A stretch of 64,000 nucleotides of DNA from Camelus dromedarius (lineage: Eukaryota), in NCBI RefSeq assembly GCF_036321535.1, contig NC_087472.1:1054001-1118000 (forward strand). The letters run 5' to 3'. The position numbers and the translations under genes are program-made. Shown piece after piece: positions 9,901 through 21,907 of this stretch. The notes beneath the pieces are model-generated. The model was not told where the DNA came from. It did no database searches and saw only the letters and a list, made by a program, of their open reading frames with translations. Position 1 is the stretch's first letter. The number at the start of each line of letters is the position of its first letter.

Positions 9901-12900
9901 AGAAGGCTGAGAATTTTCCAGATCTTCACGTTCTGGTTCCTTTATGCTTAACAATTCCTGTCTCAATTTCTCTCTCTTCCCTCACACGTCACTGTGAGCA
10001 GCAAGGAGAAACCAGACTATACCCTCAACATTTGGCTTGAAAATTTCCTCCAGTAAATATCCCAGTTCAGCATTTACAAGTCCCACCTTCACAAAACACA
10101 AGAACACAATTCGGCCAAGTTCTTTGCCACTTTATGACAAGGACTGCCTTTCCTCCAGTGTCAATAACATGGTCCTCATTTCTGTCTGAGAGCTCCCCAG
10201 AACTTCAGGATTCACATTTCTAGAGCCATTTCAGTCACGATGGTGTATGTGTTTTCCCAGATGATAGAAACTTTCTGTACTGCTCCTCTCTCTTCATAAG
10301 CCCTCACCAGAATCACCTCCGATGTCCATATTTCTACCGACAGTCTCTTCAGGGCCTTTTCTAATATGCACATGGAAATCTACAGCCCCTACCCATTACC
10401 CAGTTCCAAGGCCATGTCTACATTTTTAGGGATTTGTTACAGTAGCTCCCTGCTTCCCAATATCAAAATCTGTGTCAATGTCCTGGGGTGGCCATAACAA
10501 AATACCACAAACTGGGTGGCTTAAACAACAGAAATGTATTCTCTCACAGTTCCAGAAGCTCCAAGTCTGAAATCTAGGTATGGAAGGCCACACTCCCTCT
10601 GAAGTCTCCAGGGGAGGACCCTTCCTGCCTCTCCCAGCTTCTGGGAGGTGCTCCAGGCTGGTGGCCACATCTCTCCAGCCTCTGCCTCCATCTTCACATG
10701 GAGTTCTCCTCTGTGTCTGTCTCCTCCCCTATCTCTTTTGTGTGTGTGTCATTTAAAAAAATGTTGTATTTATTATTGTATTATTTAATTATTTTATTGG
10801 GGGGTGAGGTAATCAGGTTTACTTATTTTTAGAGGAGGTGCTGGGGATTGAACCCAGGACCTCATGCATGCTAAGCACGTGCTCTACCACTTGAGCTATA
10901 ACCTCCCCCCTCCTTCTGTCTCTTATAAGGACACTGGCCATTAGATTTAGGGCCTACCCTATTCCAGGATGAGCTCATCTTAACAAATTATATCTTCAAG
11001 GACTCTTATTTCCAAATAGGGTCACTTTTGAGGTACTGGGAGTTAGGATTTCAGCACATTGTTTGTGGGGACACAATTCACCCCATCACAGAGACCATCC
11101 TCCCCGCCCTCCCACCTCTGCCTGAGGGGACCCCGTGCTCTCCAGGGCTCCTGCACTGCCCTCGCTGCCTGCGCTCTGCTTCTGGCAGGGCCATAGCCCT
11201 GGCCAGCCCTCCTGCCTCCTTACTCTTCTCCCACCAGTGGCAGCAAAGCCTCCCTGGGGTCCTTATCACCTTGCCCTTGGCCAGCCCCAGTGGGATGCAG
11301 CATGTCCATGGAAGTGTCCGGGCCTTGGCCTGAGCCACGTCCCTTCCACTGACCAGTGCCTGCCTGCTCTGTGCTCTCTCGTTCCTCCCTATGGGCTGGT
11401 CCTGACCTCCCCCTCTCAGATCTCGGGTTCCCCCAGGGCCAGACCCATGGGTCACCCCTGCTGTCCCCACCCAGAGCCGCGGGCCAGGAGGTACAAATGT
11501 GGCCTGCCTCAGCCGTGTCCCGAGGAGCACCTAGCCTTCCGCATGGTCAGCGGGGCTGCCAACGTCATTGGACCCAAGATCTGTCTGGAGGACAAGATGT
11601 GAGCTCCTTGGGGTAGATGGCAGGGCAGGGCGGGAGGGGAGCGGTTACCAGAAGCTGGGTCTGCAAGGCCCCAGGGCCGTTCCAGGGAAGGCAGAGCAGA
11701 CATGCCACTTGAAGTTTCTGTCCCCCTACTAGGCTCATGAGCAGCGTCAAGGACAATGTGGGCCGTGGACTAAACATCGCCCTGGTGAACGGTGAGCTCC
11801 CCGTGATGTGAGGTCAGACTTTGGACAAGAAACCAAAGCCGGGCCGCGACCTGCCGCCCTCCTCCAGGGTTCCCAGGAGGCCTGGGAAGAGGTCTGTTCG
11901 AGTTGAAGGCTCCGCAGAAGTGACCCAGTGAACAAAAGCATGTGACCTGGAGGGTCACAGCTGTCTGAACAAGGGACATGGTGGACACGAATATGGGGGG
12001 GGGGGGGGCCTTTGAAAAGCTTCCAGATGGGCTGCACCCAGTGGCCCCTGCTGTGTCCTGAGCCTGGTCTGGGGGTGTCAGGGTGGTTGGGTGGAATCAG
12101 AGTCGCTCTGGCAGCTCACCCAGCTGCACCCCATCTCTCCATCTCAACCCAGGGGTGAGTGGAGAGCTCATCGAGGCCCGGGCCTTCGACATGTGGGCGG
12201 GAGGTGAGTCTCCAGCCTTCTTGGGTTCAGAAAAGGTGGGAGGAGGGACCCTGGCTTCTTATACCACTTTGTCCTATGCTCACCTGGAGACCCTTGCTGG
12301 GATGTGTCCCTGGCCCGATCCCTACTTTGGTGTCCTCATCTGGAGAGCAGGGGCTGGTGGGGGAGGGGTGCTCAGTGGTGCCTGATGCATCATGTCCCAT
12401 GGTACCTGTGCCCCCAGATGTCAACGATCTGCTGAAGTTTATTCGGCCACTGCATGAAGGCACTCTGGTATTTGTGGCTTCCTACGATGACCCAGCCACC
12501 AAGTAAGTGATTGCCAAGGACGGCCTCAGCCTGGCCCTTCTTCGGCGATGGCTCACATCTCTTCCTTCTGTGTGGCAGGATGAATGAAGAGACCAGGAAG
12601 CTCTTCAGCGATCTGGGCAGCAAGAATGTCAAGGATCTGGCCTTCCGGGACAGCTGGGTGTTTGTAGGGGCCAAGGGTGTGCAGAACAAGAGCCCCTTTG
12701 AGCAGGTACCTGGGGAAAGCCTGGCCCCTCTGCTTCCCGGCCCAGGGTGGTCTGCCCGCCCCTTCTGCCTGCATTCTCTGAGCCCCCCTTCTGTTCCTGC
12801 CTCAGCCTTCCCTGAATTCCACCAGCACCCCCAGGGGCAGCCCTGGCCCCCTCGCTGTCTGTACAGGAAGGGCAGTAACTTTCATCTTCCCTGTTCTGTG

Positions 12901-13631
12901 TGGATTTCACCATAAAGAATCTTTGAATGGCAAAGCTTTTGCACTGGCAAGACTCACAGCTAAGGAACCCTCCTCCTGTACATCTTCAAGATGCTCAGGC
13001 CCATCCCATCTCCCGACACCCAGGACCCCAGTTCACACTGCACAGCCACCTCCCTGGCTGCCCTCTTGCCAGCTGTTCCCCATGCACCATCCTCACCTTT
13101 GGGAGGTTCCCAGCCCAGTGAAAGGCATGGTGCCTCCAAGCCCTGCTCCCCACAGCAGGCCAAGGCAAACAGGCCAATCCAGTGGTTTCTGGAAGGCTCT
13201 GGCTGCAAAAAGAGCAGCTCAGTCCCCAGAGAAGAGACACCCCTCTGGCCTTGCTCTCCCTGTGGGCCGGACGAGGGCAGGGACACACACGCTCCCTCCC
13301 TACCATCTCGGTGCGTGCCAGGCCCATAAGTTCAAAGAAGTTGACCCACCCACCCCCGCCGCCACTAGTGAAGCTATTGGCATTTTGAGATGAGAAAGTT
13401 GAGACACTGGGACAGACAGAGGGGGTCAACGCCCTGAGAGCGCTGATTGCCAGCAGCACAAGGGGACTGGAAGCTCTGTCTGTCTGCCGCGCCCAAGGGC
13501 TGAGACGGTGACTTCCTGCTCCCGCCAACCCACAGCACGTGAGGAACAGCAAGCACAACAATAAGTATGAAGGCTGGCCCGAGGCGCTGGAGATGGAGGG
13601 CTGCATCCCGAGGAGGACCACAGCCAGCTAG
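6943..13631 (+). CDS. FAM3A: FAM3 metabolism regulating signaling molecule A, complete, 230 aa, 9 coding exons
   Basis: Exons 6943-6955, 8424-8537, 9144-9167, 11475-11598, 11733-11791, 12153-12203, 12418-12502, 12579-12705, 13536-13631 (sum 693 nt, all GT-AG). Protein [92 protein letters not shown]...[20 protein letters not shown]. Confidence 0.98.
7095..7170. mobile_element. MIR fragment
   Basis: tctgtgaccttgagcagatcctttcacctctgag...tgtgagatgagga resembles the MIR core. Confidence 0.55.
7390..7900 (-). mobile_element. Old L2 LINE fragment
   Basis: Purine-rich diverged sequence (gtgacggaggcaaggccagactggagtaagttgggg...gaagagaaagggaggagaga) resembling the L2 3' region. Confidence 0.45.
9275..11090 (-). 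mobile_element. ERVL-MaLR element: LTR (10471-11090) plus internal sequence (about 9275-10470), antisense in FAM3A intron 3
   Basis: MLT1 LTR motifs (cacaaactgggtggcttaaacaacagaaat, tccaaatagggtcac). On the - strand the LTR is followed by gattttgatattggg...gccttggaactgggtaatgg, the usual start of MaLR internal regions; caagtccaaaacccagcagggca near 9443 is also MaLR-internal-like. Confidence 0.75.
10760..10910 (-). mobile_element. tRNA-derived SINE (camelid Vic-1-like) nested in the MLT1 LTR
   Basis: Reverse of tatagctcaagtggtagag (A box)...ggttcaatcccc (B box)...aaacctgattacctc plus an A-rich tail. Confidence 0.9.
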
Positions 13632-14167
13632 GCGGCCGAGCTCACAGACGGGACTAGGGAGGCTGCATGCTCCCAGCCTGGTCCCCGGGGCCAGCCAGGA
13701 ACGTTCTCTTGCCCCAGCACATCGGGGCTCTGAGGCAGCGACCAGTGACCAGACCGTGAGCAGTGGTGTGGGCTGCACGGCCAGCCCTGTGGCAATTTGT
13801 CAGGAGACCCCAGGTACCTGTCTTCTTTTCCTGCAGTTGCTCCCCTGCTCATCCCCGACCCAGTTCCCAGGCACCTGCAGCCCCAAGTCTGGTGGCAGCT
13901 GCCCAGCCACTCGGGGCATCTTCCAGAACCTCTTCAGCCCAGAGTGGCTCACTGCTCTGTGACCTAAAGTGATTCGTTCTGGTGAGCCACACCTGGTGGC
14001 TGCTTGGGGAACCTGGCTGCCTCCAGCCTCACTCTCTGTGGGAAGGGGTGGCTGCCTTGGGGCCAGGCCAGCAGGGTGGTGAGTTGGCAAGCCTGATCAC
14101 GGTCCCTGGCACAGCAGGTGGCAGCTCCTGTGGTTTGTCAGAGGGCCCACCTTCTAGATGACCTTTT

Positions 14168-14173
14168 AATAAA
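14168..14173 (+). terminator. Probable FAM3A polyadenylation signal AATAAA
   Basis: First AATAAA after the FAM3A stop, about 540 nt downstream. Confidence 0.75.
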
Positions 14174-14854
14174 TCAGTGGCCCCAACAGAATGAAGTGCA
14201 TTCAGTGGGGAGTCAGGGGGGGTGTCCTTGGGGGAGGGAAACGTCCCAGAGGCTCAGCTGGCCTCCCCCCACCCCTATAGCAGGCAGCCTTTGTCTCCAG
14301 GGTTCCTGCTACTGACAGGCCCCACTGTGGCCGAGATGTGATTCAGGCGGTGAGTTGAGAGGCTCCCCAGCTGGTATCTGAGTCACCTTGCCCAGGGAAA
14401 GACGGTTCTGCCCTTTGCAGGAAAGTTGCTGACTCCCTCGGACACAGCACCGGCCTGCAGGGACAGGGATGGGGTTTAAAACCAATCCAGGTGCCTTCTG
14501 ATTCCCAGCCTCCCTCCAGAGCTAGCGGATCTCCTCATAGCACTCCACTTCAGATGCCTTTGAAATCCGGTCTGCAAAAGGCCAAGTCACGTGGGCTCTT
14601 TCACATTTCTCGCATTTCCCCTCATTGGGTGTGAACCAGCAAGAAACTATATGGAGTTTTGCTGGAAAAGTACATGGGAGCACAGAAGTGGTCTGGGGTC
14701 AGAAACAGGAGTGAGAGGCCCAGGGATGCCCAGGAGGACAAGGGACAGGAAGGGGAGACGTGTGGAGGGCCTACATCACTCACCAGGGACTGGTGATCAC
14801 AGCAGCTGAAACCCAGCCTGGCTCTGTGGCAGGAGCTTCATGTGTGTTCATTTT

Positions 14855-15140
14855 TTAATAATAAACTTACTTTTTTAGAGCAGTTTTAGGCTCACATCAA
14901 AGTTAAGCAGAGAGTACACAGCTCCCACAGACCCAACCCTCACTGACACATCCTCACCCAAAGCCCAGGGTAGATATTAGGGTTCTCGTTTGGTGTTGTA
15001 CAGTCTGTGGGTCTGACAAAGCAATGATGAGTACATTATAATGTCATACGTGTATTCATTTTTTTCTACCTTTCATTATGGAAAATTTTCAATGTCCCCC
15101 AAAGTAGAGAGAATAGTCTAATGAATCTCATTGTACCCAT
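14855..15140 (-). mobile_element. L1M 3'-end fragments
   Basis: ttttagagcagttttaggctcacatcaaagtt and cattatggaaaattttcaa...aaagtagagagaatagt are typical reverse-strand L1MA/MB/MC 3' UTR motifs. Confidence 0.65.
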
Positions 15141-16949
15141 CAGGGCTGCCATAGAGATGGACACGTGTTTCATCTGCACGTGTTACCTGCACAGTCCTCA
15201 CAGCAACCCCAGCAAACTGCCATCACCCTCGTTTACAGAAGAGAAATGGCCCCTGGTGCGCAGAGGGAAGTTTCCCTGGAGCTGGGAGATTAGAAGCCAG
15301 ATAAGTAAGGCCCCACATGGTTAGTAGCTTGCCCCAAATGAAACTGGCCTCAGCCCTTGGCTGCAGGCTGCAAGGTGCATGAGGTGCCTCTTTAAACAGC
15401 TGCTGTGACCACTGACCTGCCCCAGACATTCATCACCTGCGCCCTGGGCCTAGCAATACATCACATGCTGGCGGTTGTCAGAGCCACACAGATGGAAACA
15501 GCAGGCCAGCTGCGGCCCCCTCTTGGCCCAACACAGGCTAGGACTTGACACTGCTGTGCAGCACAGCCCGCCCAACCTTCCAAAGCAGAGGCACATCTTT
15601 CTGGGTCCTGCAGTCCTCCCCTGCCAGGGTTTCTCCATATTTCCTTCCTTTTCTTTCTTTTCTTCTTTTTTAAATTAATTTTTAAATTTATTTTTGCTTT
15701 TTTTAAAAATTAAGAAAAATTTTTGAATTTTCTATTTGCTTCCTTTTCAAGCACATCATTTTCCCCAGGTAGGGGAGCAATAGTAGACGTCCCAGTTCAG
15801 CAACTCCAGCAAAAAAGAGCCCCCAACTTCCCAGTAGTTCCAGCCCAAGTTCCAGGGACTAACTCACCTTGGTCCACATTGGATTATGCATTTATCCTTA
15901 CCTCATTCTGTGTAGCTCTGATTGGCCACATCCAGGCCTGTGCCCGCCCCAGAGGCCAGCGTTGGGGTCATAAACATGCAAACCATGTGTCCCAAGAGTG
16001 GATGAGAGATGGTGGACAGTTCCTCCAAAGAAAACTAAGGTGCTGTGACCTGCTGCTGGGTATGAAAAAACACGTCATCGTGACATTTCCCGGTAAACAC
16101 CAAAGGCATCCCATCCTTGTGCTCAGAGATGCCTTCCGTGCACGCTTATTTATCACAGAGTGTTCCTGGAGGCCCCTGCCTGGAGAGCAGGAGGTAGGCA
16201 CACCTGTCAGCATCATCGCTGTGACCCTGTTAATAATATGGTGGCAGGTCTCCCATCTGAAGTGCATTTCTGTAGTTTGGGCTGTCACTATCATTTGTTT
16301 CGTCTGTTCTCTCAGTCCAGATGACATCTCTTTTGGAACTGGATATCCTTGACTGGTTCCTAGACAACCCTTCCGGCTTATGGGGGTAAATTATTAATCC
16401 CCTAAACTAACTACAAACATTCTCTTGCCTTTGTTTTAGCCATGCCTTTTCCCTGCAGAGGCCTCTAAATTCCCTCATGTCAGACACCCCACCAGCCCAC
16501 TCAGGCTTCTCAGAGGGCTGAAGGGAATGAGATAATGGGGAGCAGTCTTCTAATTACATTTGCTCTCCTTGACCTCTCACACCAATTCCTGTTCAGCTGG
16601 AATATAAAAATGCAGGTTTCCTCAAGGGAGAAGACATCTTTTAGGTTTTCCATCCTCCGCTCTTGGGGCTGACCCATCTCCCTTCTCCCTCTGGCCAGTT
16701 TTACCCCGTCCTCGGACAGCACCACCCCCACTGCTCTTTTCCAATCTTCCGTCTTCAACGCAGCAGGTGCTAAGCTCCAACCTCATACCTGTGCCAGCCT
16801 GCTTCCATCAGGACCCCTCAACCCCATTAGAGAGGCACAGTATAAACTTTCCAGGACATCAAGTCCACACACACAAATGGCTTACACCTCACTGAGGATC
16901 AAGAACAGCCTACAGCTATGGCCTCTGAATGTTTTTGATAACTGACATA

Positions 16950-17195
16950 AACCCTCCTGAATGTGCACCCCCACCATATATGGCTGCTTACATACCATAT
17001 GTGCCTAATAATATAAACTTTATAACACAAATACAATATTGCAATAAGTAAAATGTATTTAAATAAGTTTAAATTAATTACAATTTTTATTTGAATAATT
17101 AAATAAAACTAAAGATGCTATGGGTCTTTTGGAACATTCTCAATGATGTCTTGTGCCCCTCCTGGGGACAAGTACCTGTAACTTTGGGCACCACT
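16950..17195. mobile_element. Probable hAT-Charlie DNA transposon remnant
   Basis: AT-rich tract ending ctttgggcaccactg, similar to the Charlie TIR (tttg(a/g)gaaccactg). The other end was not located. Confidence 0.4.
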
Positions 17196-17499
17196 GGCCT
17201 CCATCACAGCCCTTGACAAGAGGCTCTTCCAGAGCAGTGAGGAGCGACTGACCCGCTGCCTGACCAACTGCAGTTGCCCAGCAGCCTTTGGGAACATGCA
17301 AATGCCCCTCAATTCTACACTTGCTTACTGACTTCCCATGTCCATGTTCTACACCCTCACCACCTTTTCGCCCTTCCTTACGCCATCTGTTTGCATTCCT
17401 TTTTCGTGAAGCCTCCGGACCTTGCTAGTGGCCCCAAACAGTTTTGAAAGGTGGATAAGTCCACTAATATTACAGTGTGCAAATAGGCGCTCGGTCAAT

Positions 17500-18500
17500 G
17501 CTTGAACGAAGTAAGCTGGAACCAGGCCAAGCACGGGCTCTGGAGTCCGACTCGGTCGGGCTCGGCCCTCGGGCCACAAGGCTGGGCGCTCTGAGCAGGA
17601 ACGAGGCCGAAACACTGACCCTGGACTCCCACCACTAGCAGCAGTCCCCTGGCGTCCTAGCTCGGCTAACGGCTAAGCCTGTGTCCCGCTGCCCCCAGAG
17701 GTCGCAACGTGTCTGGGAATGACTGAGGTCCCTACCCGGAGCGGGCCCCCCTGGCGGAGACCACAGAAGACTCGAACCGGCGGCTCAGCAGCCACACGAG
17801 AACCTGCCAGATGCAAACCAACCCGAACCCGGAAAGCTTCCTGGCCCGCACGCGCACGCGCACAAGCTCGTCGCTCCCATCTACGTCACATCCGGTTGGG
17901 ACCGGCCCAAGCCGCAGGAGGTGAGCCAGCCGACGCTGGTGGGCGGAGCAGGTGCGAGGGGCGGGGCCTCGCCGGGTTGGGGCGGGGCCCTGGCGGGCCT
18001 TGCTTACAGGCGTCCGCCGGCCCGCCAGGCGCTGGCTGCAGCCCCGAGCTTCTGGGCCGCGGAGGCAGGTGAGGGCCTCGGGCCGGGAAAGGCAGCCGGA
18101 AGGAGGCTTCTAGCCCCGGCTGGGCTCGGCGCTGGCCTGCTCGGGCGGCCGGGACCCTGGGGAAGGGCCGCCGCCGCGCGTTCGTGAGGCCTGGCGTAGC
18201 CGCCAGGCTTAGGAGTAGCCTGAGGGACCCTGGGACCCCGCGACCCCGGGACCGTCGTGGCCGGTCGCCGACCTGCGGGTTTTGGGGCGGCAGCGCAAAC
18301 CTGGCGGCGGCGCGCTCCTCGTTCTCCCTTCCCGATTCACGCCCGAGCTCTGATCGTGCCTGATCCGACAACTTCCGGACTCCCAGGTAAGGGAGGAGCC
18401 CCGGGTCAGCACTGCCAACTGACCTGACACCGCACACTCGGCCAGTGCGCAAAAAGAGGCCGGCCCGGTGTTCCCTCCCCTGCCTTGGGGTGCATCTGCT
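17500..18500 (+). promoter_or_regulatory. CpG island / SLC10A3 promoter and non-coding first exon(s)
   Basis: CpG-rich with GC boxes and CRE-like TACGTCA at 17882. Candidate donors GCAG|GTGAGG at 18069 and CCAG|GTAAGG at 18387; acceptor ctcctcAG| at 20096 precedes the coding exon. Confidence 0.8.
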
Positions 18501-20231
18501 CAAACTTCCGGCACCTCAGGCAGAAATGGTGAGCATCTGGGCCAGACCCCTCACGCAGTGACTCAGTGACTCAAAGCCACCAGCAGTACTAGAAGGACAG
18601 GGTGGATGGCCCTTAGCCCCCTCTCCCTTCTGAACGGGTTCGCACCACCGCGGTGGTTTCAGTTCCGGGTGCCTTCGTCTTTTCCATGCGACTCCCCTCC
18701 ACTTTAGTTATCTTACTCCCTCTGGTTTTCCTGCCTCCCTCTTCAGCGGTGGGACACAAGGCTGGATCATGGCATCCAGGATAAGTGACCCGAACTCCAA
18801 ACCAGGAGAGGCCATGGCATCCCAAGGGGGTGGAAGGGGACTGTCCCAGGATGAGCCTTTTGCTTACCGGGCCCTCCACCACCTCCTTGCCTCTGCTTCC
18901 CAGTCTCAGATGAGGGGTGGGGTCAGGGCCAAACACTGATAGGATCTAGAGAAGCAGGAGCCTCTTCCAGGACTGGGACAATGCAAGGCATGAGTCAATC
19001 AGTAGTGACGAAAACCCACTGTGTCCCCACCCTGGCTGCCCCAGTTCCTGCAGGTGATGTGACAATAGGGTGCTGGCTGCCCGCATTGAGAAGTGGAAGG
19101 AGACAAACCTCCTCCTTTCCCCCTGAGGCACCCTGCCTCCCTAGAAACACTCATAGTCTCACTGGTAGTTCTAGGCTCTGGTAGGGGTGCATATGGGCAT
19201 TGGGAAGGAGACCCTGGACTCTGAGCAGAGCCTCTCAGATGTGGCACAGCAGCTCTAGGAGCTCAAGTTCTGGGACTCCTCCTTCTGCCAGAGGGGTGGG
19301 AGCTCTGACAGAAGGGGGAGAGTCCCCCCAGGGAACATGTGGCCATACCTGATCCCTTCTTGCTGCCCCTTCTGACAACTTCCCAGGGGAGAGGGGATCT
19401 GGTCCCTCCCAGAACCCCCATCTCACCACTATCAGCAGGTAGGTTGAGCCAGATAGCCACGAACGACATTACCATTCACAACTCCATGTTAGTGGTGGAC
19501 ATCAACCCCTGGGGCCTGGCCACCCACTGCCCACACCACTTTACCAGCTGCTCTCTGCCTGGCAGATGACACTCAAATGCCCCAGCCTGCTCTCTGATGG
19601 CCTCTCAGACTTGACCCAAGCCAGTGTTTCCCATCAGCACGCTTTGCTCTCATCAGGCTTGTTTCCTTGTTATCCTGGGTCACCAAGGATTTCTTCCCGG
19701 TTGTGGTATTGCTGCAGCCCTGGGGTAGCTGCATCTCAGAGCTGGTGGGGAACAGGCTCGTGGTAACAGGATTGGGGGTGGCACTCCCAAATCCCTTGGT
19801 ATCAGGACATCTCTGAATGGTCACCATGCTGGGCAACCCCAGGGAAACCAGCAGGTATCTATCCGCAGGCTGAACAAGAACTCCTATCTGTAGGTGGCCC
19901 CTCTGGGTGAGGGATGGTAAGCTAAGGCTGTGGTGATTGGGGAGGGGACAGCCAAATGGCACTCAAGAGCTAGCACTAGGCATTCCCTTTCCTTCCCCAG
20001 GCTGAGTCTCCTAGCACTGGGCTTCCAGATCCCCATGCTCCTGGGCTCACAGCTGCAGGCCCTCACCAGCCACCTCTCTGTGTCCCTTCTCCTCAGGAAG
20101 AGCTCTGCCATCAAGAGAGGCAGCACAGAGCCAGGCCCCACCCATGGACCCTCCTCAGGACCACTCAACAGCACCAGCAGGGCTGCTCTCCTAAGCCGCA
20201 GGGGGCCTGGGCTCACCGTCCTGGAGGAGCC

Positions 20232-21665
20232 ATGGTATTTAGGAGGAGCAGGGCCAACTACCCATGGTGGCCTGGCCGGGGAAGGGGTGGTGGTTGCACA
20301 GGCCCCTTAGGTGTGCTCAGGGCCACCCTGCTGCTTGTCAGCTTGCTGTGGGAAGCCCGGGGAACAGCCAGTGCCAACCTCAGCACCGCTCTGGGCCACA
20401 CTGTGCCCCTGCCCAGGGGCCACTACTTGAGCATTGGGGATGGCTCTGTGATGGAGTTTGAGTTCCCGGAGGAGAGTGAGGGCATCATCGTAATTTCAAG
20501 CAAGTACCCAGGCCAGGGCCACGGGACCGGGCCTGGCCCCATGCTGAGGGTCACCTCCCTGGACACAGAGGTGCTGATCATCAAGAATGTGAGTGCCATA
20601 ACCTGGGGCAGTGGGGGCAGCTTCGTGGTGAGCATCCACTCAGGGCTGCCCGGGCTAGCCCCACTCCACATCCAGCTTGTGGACCCCCGGGAGGCCCCGC
20701 CCACCCTGATTGAGGAGCGGAGAGAGTTCTGCATCAAGGTCTCACCTGCGGAAGACACCCCCGCCACCCTGGGCACTGACCTGGTCCACTTCTCAGAGAA
20801 CCCGATACTCTACTTGCTCCTGCCTCTTATCTTTGTCAATAAGTGTTCATTTGGGTGTAAAGTGGAGCTGGAGGTTCTGAAGGGGCTCCTGCAGAGCCCA
20901 CAGCCCATGCTGCTAGGCCTCCTGGGCCAGTTTCTGGTCATGCCCTTCTATGCTTTTCTGATGGCCAAGGTCTTCATGCTGCCCAAGGCCCTGGCTCTGG
21001 GCCTCATCATCACTTGCTCGTCGCCTGGCGGCGGGGGGAGCTACCTCTTCAGCCTCCTCCTCGGAGGGGATGTCACCCTGGCCATTTCCATGACTTTCAT
21101 CTCAACGGTGGCCGCCACTGGTTTCCTGCCACTGTCTTCAGCCATCTACAGTCACCTGCTCAGCATCCACGAAACACTCCACGTGCCCATTTCCAAGATC
21201 CTGGGGACCCTGCTGTTCATCGCCATCCCCATAGCAGCAGGCGTGGTGATCAAGTCCAAGCTCCCCAAATTCTCCCAGCTGCTGCTACAGGTCATCAAGC
21301 CCTTCAGCTTCGTGCTGCTCCTGGGCGGCCTCTTCCTGGCCTACCGCATGGGGGTCTTCATCCTGGCGGGCATCAGGCTGCCCATTGTGCTGGTGGGCCT
21401 CACGGTGCCCCTGGTTGGCCTCCTGGTGGGCTACTGCCTNNNNNNNNNNNNNNNNNNNNNNNNNNNNNNNNNNNNNNNNNNNNNNNNNNNNNNNNNNNNN
21501 NNNNNNNNNNNNNNNNNNNNNNNNNNNNNNNNNNNNNNNNNNNNNNNNNNNNNNNNNNNNNNNNNNNNNNNNNNNNNNNNNNNNNNNNNNNNNNNNNNNN
21601 NNNCGGAGATGCTGGCCTTAGTTATTGGCCACTTCATCTACAGCAGTGTCTGCCCACTCCCCTGA
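20232..21665 (+). CDS. SLC10A3: Solute carrier family 10 member 3 (P3 protein), single coding exon, 477 aa, 164 nt N-masked
   Basis: Strong Kozak gagccATGg. Sodium/bile-acid symporter-family motifs (NKCSFGCKVELEVLKGLLQSPQPMLLGLLGQFLVMP, TCSSPGGGGSYLFSLLLGGDVTLAISMT). Frame resumes after the gap with EMLALVIGHFIYSS. Confidence 0.97.
   Translation: MVFRRSRANYPWWPGRGRGGGCTGPLGVLRATLLLVSLLWEARGTASANLSTALGHTVPLPRGHYLSIGDGSVMEFEFPEESEGIIVISSKYPGQGHGTGPGPMLRVTSLDTEVLIIKNVSAITWGSGGSFVVSIHSGLPGLAPLHIQLVDPREAPPTLIEERREFCIKVSPAEDTPATLGTDLVHFSENPILYLLLPLIFVNKCSFGCKVELEVLKGLLQSPQPMLLGLLGQFLVMPFYAFLMAKVFMLPKALALGLIITCSSPGGGGSYLFSLLLGGDVTLAISMTFISTVAATGFLPLSSAIYSHLLSIHETLHVPISKILGTLLFIAIPIAAGVVIKSKLPKFSQLLLQVIKPFSFVLLLGGLFLAYRMGVFILAGIRLPIVLVGLTVPLVGLLVGYCXXXXXXXXXXXXXXXXXXXXXXXXXXXXXXXXXXXXXXXXXXXXXXXXXXXXXXXXEMLALVIGHFIYSSVCPLP
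21440..21603. other. Assembly gap (164 N) inside SLC10A3 CDS
   Basis: Run of N. Confidence 1.
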
Positions 21666-21735
21666 GGCCCCCGGGTCAAGCTTTCGCCAGCCCCAGCCCC
21701 CAGCCTCTGCTCAGTCCCCACAGTTCTTGTGTACC

Positions 21736-21907
21736 NNNNNNNNNNNNNNNNNNNNNNNNNNNNNNNNNNNNNNNNNNNNNNNNNNNNNNNNNNNNNNNNN
21801 NNNNNNNNNNNNNNNNNNNNNNNNNNNNNNNNNNNNNNNNNNNNNNNNNNNNNNNNNNNNNNNNNNNNNNNNNNNNNNNNNNNNNNNNNNNNNNNNNNNN
21901 NNNNNNN
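21736..21907. other. Assembly gap (172 N) in SLC10A3 3' UTR
   Basis: Run of N. Confidence 1.

Noticed and set aside
15723-16352. 209-aa ORF between FAM3A and SLC10A3
   Set aside because: Starts at a non-ATG codon in a T-rich tract, overlaps LTR-like remnant sequence, and has no recognisable homology or splice context.
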